Assembly (NCBI GenBank): GCA_018813505.1
Contig: JAHJBM010000011.1
Coordinates: forward strand, 1-55,620
DNA from: Candidatus Micrarchaeota archaeon
Lineage (GTDB): Archaea > Micrarchaeota > Micrarchaeia > Anstonellales > Bilamarchaeaceae
DNA: 55,620 nt
Direction of reading: 5' to 3'
Shown: positions 47,761 through 55,620 of the stretch, piece by piece
Numbering within the stretch: position 1 is the first letter of the stretch
How the letters are laid out: the number at the start of each line of letters is the position of its first letter
Notes under the pieces: model-generated
The model's database searches: none
What the model was told of the DNA's origin: nothing
The model's input: the letters and a program-made list of their open reading frames with translations, nothing else
Program-made: the position numbers and the translations under genes

Positions 47761-50700
47761 ATGTCGGCTATAAAGTGGTTGTCTGGATTGTTTATACTAT
47801 TCATTGTCGCACTGTCCAGTGCTTACAATTATGGTGATCCGGGATTACAGGATAGCCAAGTGGTAATAGTGCCGAACGAAGATGGTACTATTCTCGAGAT
47901 AAGTGTGTTGACATTTGCATCTGGTCATACTGATACCGGAACGACAATCAGCCAGGAGATGCGTGCTATTATCGAAAGTTGCCGGGATTCACCGAATTTC
48001 AGGCAATGTATATACAGTGAAGGAAACAGTTTTACTGCAGGTACTGATTTTAATCTTGAAATGCGGTCTGTCCAAGATGCAAGAATTACTGTTACTTATT
48101 ACAATGCCCTGACTGGTTCAGATACAGATGTACCTGAATGTACTGGTCTGGTTACCAACACAGAAGGAATCGCATATACCCCTTCAGAAACAGGTGTGCC
48201 AGATGAGATTCCATATTACACTACAACCTGTGATATTTCAGAAATTGTAGAAGGACAAAGGACAACTACCATAATGGTAATCTATAGTCCTGATCTTGAA
48301 GATGGTATTTCTGCCAGTACTGCACCATACACATATACAAATGCTCATGTCACTGCTTCAAGTGCAATTACCCGCCAAATCAATGATCTTATCTTAGGTT
48401 TGTCATCAGCTCAGGGAACTGACATTCCGATTCCGCTAGCATCACCATTACCATGTGTTGGCATATTTCTTATCTTGGGATTATTATTATCATCACTATA
48501 TTTTGCAGGAAAATCGCCAATTTCATTACTTGATATCGCTGCCCCTCGTTTGCCAACACCCAAGGGTGTTGCTGCCGGTGGCCAGATTCTTACTCCATTC
48601 GGTTATGGTGAATTAGGGCGAACTACAAATGCAAAACTCAAAGCTTCGGTTGCAGCCCTTGAACTCATATCCAGACGGTTAAGAGAAAACCGGCTTGGTG
48701 GCGATATGGCTACAAACAGGCTCATGGGCAGGATTGATTCAAGAGGCGGTACAAATGAGCAGAGGCAGGTGGCAAGATCTATCGTAACTGCTGGTCGGGC
48801 TCTTGGAATAAATGCGCATGAATTGAACGGACTTGCAGATCTCCCATCAAACTATAGGGAAGCACATTACCAACAGATAGCAAACATATTTGAACGTCTC
48901 AGAAATGGTGAGCTTGGGGGAGCAGGGAGACACCTTGCTACTACTACCCAGGACGCACTCCATGCCTTCAGGGTAAATAAAACACTATCAGTTCTTGGTG
49001 GTCATCCTGATATGGAAACACAAAGCAAGGCACTCACATGGGTTACAAAGAAAATGGACGTTGCTTTTGGTTCCAATCGGTATGCCGTTATTGGTCCAAC
49101 AATTGCTGCAACAAGAGGTTCAATAGTCAGGTCAAGCAGACTGACTGGTAGGCTTGCAAAAGCAATATTTACTGAAGCTCCAAGTCTTGTTAGGGGTGCC
49201 ACAAAAACAACCATGGAAATGATCGGTGGTTCTGATGCATTAAGAAGGCTTGAAGCAAAGGGCAAAACTTCAAGATCTGCAGGATGGTTGTTTAATCAGC
49301 TTACGAAACATCCTAGCAACATTGAAATCGGTCACATGTTTCCGATTGTAGATAAAATGGGGTATATGTATGATTCAATGCGCAAGGAAGCACTTAGGGA
49401 CTCAATGAGGTATGTGCTCAGGCAATTTTACAGATCAAAAGGCGTAAACTTCAGTATAACTGAGGAAGAACTTTCACAAATGGGGCACAAAGATATTAAT
49501 ATCCTTCAGAAATCAGGTTATCTTACTGCAATTCAACACATGAGTGCAGATGAACGGGCATCATTTCATAATGCAGAAAAAGAATTCATGACCATCCTTG
49601 GAAACAAAGATCTGAGTTCATATGAAAAGCTCCAGAAACTTATTGACCTAGCAAGAACGCATACAAGTAACACTATACATATAGATTCAAGTCTTCAGAT
49701 GTTCACCGACAAAATCAACAATATTCATCAAAGTACAGAGCCTGACTATGTAAAGATGATCCAGTTGCAGGAACAATTTGAAAAGCAAAATGCAGTACGA
49801 GCAGCTGGTGATACTGGTGGTGTGCTAAGGGATGATTTATACGTCTGCCATGTGGGCGGAGGTACACTCAGGCATGAAAAAATCTGGGAAACAATGGTCC
49901 TTCGTACCATGATATGGGATGCAGAAAACGGCTATATGAAATCGATAGGCCAAAGCGAGCACCTTGATGAACAGGCTGGTGTAAAAGAAGCACTTCTATC
50001 AGCAAGGCTTAATGTTGCGAACAGGCTTGCAACCCTTGATCCAACTACTGGAATGGATAAATTACCAGAACATATGCGAAATATGTCAGATCTTGAAGCG
50101 GTAAGAGATAGAAATAAATCTGACATGATGCAGTTGTTCTCAAAGGAAGGGCTTGAACTGTTCGAGCAGACTACCAATAAGAAAATGGGCCAGGCATCTA
50201 TACAAGACATAGTATTATTCATGTATGGGGCCAACATGCCAAAGTCTGGTCATACTGATCCAAAAACCGGAAAAATGGTCTACTGGGGCTGCGATCAGGA
50301 ACTTACACTTAAAAAATCTGAAGTCCGTGCAGATGTCAAAAGGCACTGGATTACCAAGCTGGACGACCGTGAGAACTTTGCATTAGGTCAATGGACAGAA
50401 TCAAAATTCACAAGAAGCTATGTTCCTGCGTTCAAGGCTTCCATAGAAGCACAACTCAAGAATATGCCCGGTTATAACACGTGGAGTGTTGAAGAACACC
50501 AAACCCATGCAAAGCAATTGTGGGTTTCAGATCTGCTGATAAAAGACATGGAACAGAGATTCAACTCACACTTTGGTCAGAATACTTACGGGACTACGCA
50601 CGAATCAATGCGCTTCTATGGAGGCATAGCGGTAGGTTTCCTTGAAAAAGCGCTTGAAGACAAGCTTCCTGCTGATCACGCCACGTTGGAGTTCCTGAAA

Positions 50701-52548
50701 AATATAGACATGAACAATGTAAACCATCTAAGGGAACTAGGGACTCTTCTAAGTGCACACAGACAGGACTTTGAGAAGATAATCCATGATCCTGTTACTT
50801 ACGAACAAATGGCAACAGGGAAAAAGCCAATGGTAATGCTTCATGAAGGTGGTTTTGCATACTATCATAAAGGCATGGCACTTAGTGACATGGATCGTCT
50901 CGTGAATGCAGAAGTTGCACTAAAAGATAATAATGGGGTGTCACGGGTATTCATAGCAGAAGAAGTTTCAATCAATCTTAATGACAAATTAATACAGGAG
51001 TTTTACAAGCTAAAAAATTCAAGGAGTGCGGGTAATCCTGAGGAATGGTCAAATCTTATTGAGAATGCTCGGGCTTGGGCAAGTGAGGGGAGATACAATT
51101 ACGAGCGTGAAAAGCAATTCGCTGCACTTGTCTGGGAATATTCAAATGCAACAAATGATTTCCATAGCTTCTACAACAAGACCAAGGTATTTGTTGATTC
51201 AAGAAGAGAAGTTACCCCTGCAGCTCCAATGATGCTGCGATTCTTTGGAATTGAAGGTAGCACAGCTGCAGATGCATGGAAGCATGCAAAGAAATATGGG
51301 TTCAATGTACTTGACTACATCACAAAGGTGTCACTGCTAACTGGCGGGCCTGTTCATGATGCGTCATACGATATCACGCCAGTATCAGAGCAATTCAGAA
51401 GACATTCGATGTACATGGCATCAAACATAATGGCTAATGTTGATATGAAAGATATGACTGCAGAAGAACGTGCAGCATTAAGGAATGCAGCAATGCAACA
51501 TGCCGCACTTCATCAGGTTTGGGATTATGCGATTGACAGGCACCCTGGCAGAACTTCTGCAGGTTATGGTACTCATGCTTCATGGGCATCAGGTTTCCAC
51601 TTTGGTCCTGCACAGAACTTTTCAGTAAAAGACAACCTGGGTTCTTACATGTCAAAAGGTGAGTACCTAAACTTCATGGTCATGTACGGTTTCTCACTGG
51701 ATCTTGCCAGTAAGATGCTTGCCCCATATACAAACATAATCCGCGGCGTTCAGATGTCTATGCAGGGTTATTCAAACAGGTGGGGTATTACAGAGAATCC
51801 ATTGAAAATGTACGATTACACTACTCCAAGAATGCAAGAAGCAATGCAGGCAGCCAATCCATTTTCTTTCAGATGGTTTGAAGGAAAGACCTTTGAGAGG
51901 ATTGCAAAGCTCAATGTATTCGGTGGCAGTCTTGAACATCATCAACTTGCAGGTCCTGATTTCTTCCTTGGTCTAAGGCAGGCACCTCAGGATTTATTCC
52001 TTACAAGAAAAGGTGTCTATGCAGTTCTCAGAACCGGTGAGGCAAATCCTGGACTTACTCACTACGACTATCGACACACTCTCAGGCTTGATCAGGCAAT
52101 GGGCGAATATCTTATGAGAAACCGGGATGTTGCCTATATGTATGATGAAGAGGTAAAACATTCGGCATTCACTAACACTGTAAGGCGTACGGTTGCTGCA
52201 GAAGCACTTGGTATAAGAAGGCGCCAGGAACTTAACAATTTCGGGGCTCTTCAAAACCCACTCTATGGTTGGGCAAATCCAATTGCTTTCCTATGGCATC
52301 TTCCACCTCCTGGTGTTCCTGATGGTCTTGCGCCGAGGGATCTTGTTACAAGATGGGTAGGTATATCCAAGCGCGGTCATGATCCGCAAGGCGGTTTCTT
52401 GAACCAATTCAAGCGCGCAGCATCCTCATTTGGCAATACTGCGAAATCATTTAGCCGTCCTGATCTGACAAGCAGGCAGGTTCACTGTAACTGTGGTCGT
52501 ACGGGTATACGTGGTACTAGGTGTCAAAACTGCGGTATATGTCTATGA
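47761..52548 (+). CDS. giant single-pass membrane protein of unknown function with C-terminal zinc ribbon
   Basis: Signal peptide, about 210-aa Cys-containing exported domain, TM (CVGIFLILGLLLSSLYFAG), about 1340-aa helical region and terminal HCNCG-x7-CQNCG. Confidence 0.85.
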   Translation: MSAIKWLSGLFILFIVALSSAYNYGDPGLQDSQVVIVPNEDGTILEISVLTFASGHTDTGTTISQEMRAIIESCRDSPNFRQCIYSEGNSFTAGTDFNLEMRSVQDARITVTYYNALTGSDTDVPECTGLVTNTEGIAYTPSETGVPDEIPYYTTTCDISEIVEGQRTTTIMVIYSPDLEDGISASTAPYTYTNAHVTASSAITRQINDLILGLSSAQGTDIPIPLASPLPCVGIFLILGLLLSSLYFAGKSPISLLDIAAPRLPTPKGVAAGGQILTPFGYGELGRTTNAKLKASVAALELISRRLRENRLGGDMATNRLMGRIDSRGGTNEQRQVARSIVTAGRALGINAHELNGLADLPSNYREAHYQQIANIFERLRNGELGGAGRHLATTTQDALHAFRVNKTLSVLGGHPDMETQSKALTWVTKKMDVAFGSNRYAVIGPTIAATRGSIVRSSRLTGRLAKAIFTEAPSLVRGATKTTMEMIGGSDALRRLEAKGKTSRSAGWLFNQLTKHPSNIEIGHMFPIVDKMGYMYDSMRKEALRDSMRYVLRQFYRSKGVNFSITEEELSQMGHKDINILQKSGYLTAIQHMSADERASFHNAEKEFMTILGNKDLSSYEKLQKLIDLARTHTSNTIHIDSSLQMFTDKINNIHQSTEPDYVKMIQLQEQFEKQNAVRAAGDTGGVLRDDLYVCHVGGGTLRHEKIWETMVLRTMIWDAENGYMKSIGQSEHLDEQAGVKEALLSARLNVANRLATLDPTTGMDKLPEHMRNMSDLEAVRDRNKSDMMQLFSKEGLELFEQTTNKKMGQASIQDIVLFMYGANMPKSGHTDPKTGKMVYWGCDQELTLKKSEVRADVKRHWITKLDDRENFALGQWTESKFTRSYVPAFKASIEAQLKNMPGYNTWSVEEHQTHAKQLWVSDLLIKDMEQRFNSHFGQNTYGTTHESMRFYGGIAVGFLEKALEDKLPADHATLEFLKNIDMNNVNHLRELGTLLSAHRQDFEKIIHDPVTYEQMATGKKPMVMLHEGGFAYYHKGMALSDMDRLVNAEVALKDNNGVSRVFIAEEVSINLNDKLIQEFYKLKNSRSAGNPEEWSNLIENARAWASEGRYNYEREKQFAALVWEYSNATNDFHSFYNKTKVFVDSRREVTPAAPMMLRFFGIEGSTAADAWKHAKKYGFNVLDYITKVSLLTGGPVHDASYDITPVSEQFRRHSMYMASNIMANVDMKDMTAEERAALRNAAMQHAALHQVWDYAIDRHPGRTSAGYGTHASWASGFHFGPAQNFSVKDNLGSYMSKGEYLNFMVMYGFSLDLASKMLAPYTNIIRGVQMSMQGYSNRWGITENPLKMYDYTTPRMQEAMQAANPFSFRWFEGKTFERIAKLNVFGGSLEHHQLAGPDFFLGLRQAPQDLFLTRKGVYAVLRTGEANPGLTHYDYRHTLRLDQAMGEYLMRNRDVAYMYDEEVKHSAFTNTVRRTVAAEALGIRRRQELNNFGALQNPLYGWANPIAFLWHLPPPGVPDGLAPRDLVTRWVGISKRGHDPQGGFLNQFKRAASSFGNTAKSFSRPDLTSRQVHCNCGRTGIRGTRCQNCGICL

Positions 52549-52646
52549 AGAGTAGTCCGGCTATTGGTGTTTAGACTCTCGAACCAAAAAAATTCGGTTC
52601 TGGGAGTTGTCATTTCTTTTTATTTATTTCCATTCATTTTCTATGC

Positions 52647-55283
52647 ATGCAATTTGCTGGAAAAACTTTCTTTGTGCCACTAATAGGCATTATCGGAATA
52701 CTCATCTTTTTTTACGGTTGTTTGGGTAGCGTTGGATCTGACCAATTCGGAGAAAATTACATTGCTGGGCTGGAACGTGTTTCTGCTCCTAGTCCTGAAG
52801 CCTGTCCTATAGGTAATTGCTGGTGTATGGTCTGTGAGAATACCCAATTCGAATATCTTTTTGGCCCTGCAAGAAATCTTATTGGTGGCAGCTGCCATTT
52901 TAACACAGAATGTACGCCTGAAGTATTCACTGATCTTGCAAGTGATGATACTACTCCCACATTAAGTATACGCCAATTCATGTTAGGCCAGGGGGCATCA
53001 TTTGCTGATTTTGCAGAAGCAAATCCATACTGTGCTGATAAACTTACTATGGCTGTTCAGTGGCTCACAGGTGATGAAAATACTGAATATCCTGTTCCTG
53101 ATGCACCCCGTACAATGTGCTTTTTAAGCAAGGATGTGCTTCCAGTTTTTGTTCTTTATAGCAATGGTGAGAATATAGATGCTGATCGTGCAGAAGATAT
53201 TGGAGAAGTACTTGGCACCCAAGGCGATGATTTTTTTGCCGGTCGATTATCAACCGGTCCAGTCGGTCCTGTGATTGTTGTTACTGAAATAGATTTCGAT
53301 AGGGAAGATATTCCTTTGATTGCAGAACAGGTTCGCGCAGTAAATCGCGGTTGTAGAAATGACCGGGCGAGTGATGAAATAAATTGTATGATCGCAGTAG
53401 CACCAAAGATGGGTGATACAGAAACACTTGATATGATAATGGAAGAAGTCGGTGATGAGGTCGATCTTATCGCATTTGGTGTTAATGGTAGGGACACTGA
53501 ATCATGCGATGGTGCGCGCATTGTTTATGATGTAGAAGAATATGCAGCACATGCACTTTATCACTGGAATAAACCAACCATAATTCCGTATATCATGTTT
53601 GACAGCAGCGGTACAAATGCAGATGGTTCATGTACCTGGACAGAGAATCGTATGATAGCAGCATACTCATCATTTTTTCCTACAAATATAATATCACTTC
53701 AACAAAGGGGCGTCATTGGTATAGCTCCATATTCGTTCAATTCAAACAATAATCGTTTGTCCAATCCGCTTGAGTGCACCAGCTGCGGTCTTGGTGCAAA
53801 TGAACAAAGAACTCAATCGTGGTATAGTTGGTGTCAACGATTTAATACAATTACAGAACTATCTCCAACTGGAGATTCAATCAGACAATCAGGTTCAATT
53901 CCAATAGCATTTTCTGATGAGGCTGGCGGGAGCTGCAATTCTAACAATGGTCAGCTCGCCTATCTTGTAAGAGAGATAAGTTTCTCTGATTCATTATCCA
54001 CACGGGACATAATGAGTCCAAACATGCCAGAGCTTGCTGATCCCACAGATAATATCTTCACATGCGATGCATGCGTTGTTTATAATCATCCGGAAAATCC
54101 CGATGCGCCAATCACTCCTGCATTTAGCGGCATTCATGCTGCTGACCTTGGTGAGCCTGTAGGGCAATGTGATATTTATCCAGAAATAGATCGTTGGGCA
54201 AGTCAGCGTAATCTTGATCCAATGTTAGTAAGGGCATTCATAATCAGTGAAAGCGGTTTTAGTTTGCCTGAAGGTTTTGATGTGTGCGAAGTCGCAGAGG
54301 TACACGAAGTTGGTACTGGTGGTTTGAGGACTTCGAGCGGTGCTGACGAATGTTATGAAAAAGGCTACAATTTCATTACTGATCCAACTGGCGAATGTGA
54401 TGAGTTGCCTTCTGCACCAACAGTTGCGCCTGGTGCAGATACTGAAATGCGTTATTGTGGTCTTGGCATGATGCAGATACTTGAACCACCGATAGAATTC
54501 TGGCCAGCAACATATCGTCAGGATGGGGTTGACGGGGTATATGTGGATTATTATACTGATGTGGTTTCTAGAGGCATGAATCCAAACCTTGAATTCGCAC
54601 AGTCATGCAATCCAGTGAATTTCAATCCATTCAATATCGATGATGCACTTTGCGTTGGTACTGCAAAAATAGAAGCATCATTGAATTATGCAAGGCAATG
54701 GATAAGCACCCATAGATCTGAACTTGGCTGGGGAGCAGAACAATATGAAAAAGATAATGTGCTTGCAGCATATATCGCAGGACATGATTATGTAGGTTTC
54801 TGGCGTGCGCATAGTAGCACTAATCGCGATTGTATAAGACGAGGTATTCAAAGTCATGCTATAAATAATGGTGATTGTTGGGTAGCAAATTTCAATGAGC
54901 GCAGTACCTCTCTAGATGCCTCAACAGTGTGTGTGAGGGATGATGATGGTAATCTACCGGCACAATGCAGCGGAGTAGGCGAACTTGATCGCGATAATTG
55001 TTATGGTTATACTGATTTTGTTGAATATGTGCGAGCTTGCGAGATAATCTACCTTCCAAGGGAAGCAGATCCTGGTGCAAACAAGCTTAGTATTTACTAT
55101 TGGCTGATAAATCATTGTGATAATAGTTTCTGTCCTGAAGGAAGGAGGATGCTATCCACATTTTGTGAACCTGATGAAAACGGATACGTAAATCCACAAT
55201 TCTGTGATACTACAACCGGGTTTCCGTTATATCCAGACAGTCATAATCCATATATGCCAGATTTGGCCCCGTCCGGGCCATAA
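52647..55283 (+). CDS. Cys-rich lipoprotein with a TIM-barrel-like domain and a lytic transglycosylase (SLT/lysozyme-like) domain
   Basis: Lipobox FYGC; YPEIDRWASQRNLDPMLVRAFIISESGF, GLGMMQI, NPFNIDDALCVGTAKI and LAAYIAG motifs. Confidence 0.75.
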   Translation: MQFAGKTFFVPLIGIIGILIFFYGCLGSVGSDQFGENYIAGLERVSAPSPEACPIGNCWCMVCENTQFEYLFGPARNLIGGSCHFNTECTPEVFTDLASDDTTPTLSIRQFMLGQGASFADFAEANPYCADKLTMAVQWLTGDENTEYPVPDAPRTMCFLSKDVLPVFVLYSNGENIDADRAEDIGEVLGTQGDDFFAGRLSTGPVGPVIVVTEIDFDREDIPLIAEQVRAVNRGCRNDRASDEINCMIAVAPKMGDTETLDMIMEEVGDEVDLIAFGVNGRDTESCDGARIVYDVEEYAAHALYHWNKPTIIPYIMFDSSGTNADGSCTWTENRMIAAYSSFFPTNIISLQQRGVIGIAPYSFNSNNNRLSNPLECTSCGLGANEQRTQSWYSWCQRFNTITELSPTGDSIRQSGSIPIAFSDEAGGSCNSNNGQLAYLVREISFSDSLSTRDIMSPNMPELADPTDNIFTCDACVVYNHPENPDAPITPAFSGIHAADLGEPVGQCDIYPEIDRWASQRNLDPMLVRAFIISESGFSLPEGFDVCEVAEVHEVGTGGLRTSSGADECYEKGYNFITDPTGECDELPSAPTVAPGADTEMRYCGLGMMQILEPPIEFWPATYRQDGVDGVYVDYYTDVVSRGMNPNLEFAQSCNPVNFNPFNIDDALCVGTAKIEASLNYARQWISTHRSELGWGAEQYEKDNVLAAYIAGHDYVGFWRAHSSTNRDCIRRGIQSHAINNGDCWVANFNERSTSLDASTVCVRDDDGNLPAQCSGVGELDRDNCYGYTDFVEYVRACEIIYLPREADPGANKLSIYYWLINHCDNSFCPEGRRMLSTFCEPDENGYVNPQFCDTTTGFPLYPDSHNPYMPDLAPSGP

Positions 55284-55419
55284 GTCGTACTGGTTTTCTG
55301 TCTTGGGTTTCCAGTTTTGGGGTTGATACTAAACAACGGTCCAGAACATAGGACATAATACACATGTTATCTATGGCATCAATCATATTCCAAATCCAAG
55401 ACACTAAGTTCAAGACATT

Positions 55420-55615
55420 AACTTAAGTTCGCCAGTTATCCCGATCCAACAAAAAAGTTCCAGAGAATTTTATTCTCTATCTCTTCAAAAGCTTCGCTTT
55501 ATGAAGACGGATCGATCTATTCTCAACCACTGAGATAAACTCAAAAAACAAAAATCTGAAAGACTTATTTGGTTGAGAATACTCCTGAGAAAACACATAC
55601 TGCCGACACAGCATA
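55420..55615. repeat. dispersed repeat, copy 2 (longer form with internal hairpins; possible IS/MITE end)
   Basis: Same 19-bp and 30-bp blocks as at 25283-25335 but separated by 147 bp containing the inverted repeat tattctcaacca/tggttgagaata. Confidence 0.8.
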
Positions 55616-55620
55616 TAGAA

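Noticed and set aside
55478..55620. Transposase C-terminus at the window end
   Set aside because: Short open frames exist on the minus strand but show no recognisable transposase motif; this cannot be supported without the flanking sequence

Overview
Gene-dense, AT-rich archaeal chromosomal segment. TFB, aIF-1A, aIF-2beta, Rio1, archaeal-type ArgRS and TopA, TATA-box promoters and GGTGA ribosome-binding sites identify it as archaeal. Gene content and the style of the orphan proteins suggest a DPANN lineage, most likely Micrarchaeota (inference). It carries about 41 CDSs in standard code 11. I saw no rRNA, tRNA or CRISPR array. Housekeeping genes (argS, ade, rio1, eif1a, eif2b, ahcY, malic enzyme, aspA/fumC, topA, pgk, CorA-like, mtaD, tfb) are interleaved with accessory genes: a lipid head-group/glycolipid cluster (GT-C, PssA, Psd, Aur1-like PAP2, membrane-anchored methyltransferase, HGSNAT-like acyltransferase), a PadR-regulated MacB-type ABC operon, large surface proteins, an MNT-HEPN pair whose toxin has a nonsense codon, and a Hanks-type kinase. 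The most notable observations are: (1) a giant single-pass membrane protein followed by a Cys-rich lipoprotein with all the motifs of a lytic transglycosylase; (2) a PurS-PurL fusion whose substrate-binding residues are systematically replaced; (3) a structured non-coding locus at 44.9-45.4 kb with a C/D-box sRNA candidate, a 90-bp duplication and a five-hairpin element; (4) a dispersed repeat shared between 25.3 kb and 55.4-55.6 kb. All family assignments come from motif recognition by eye, not from database searches.
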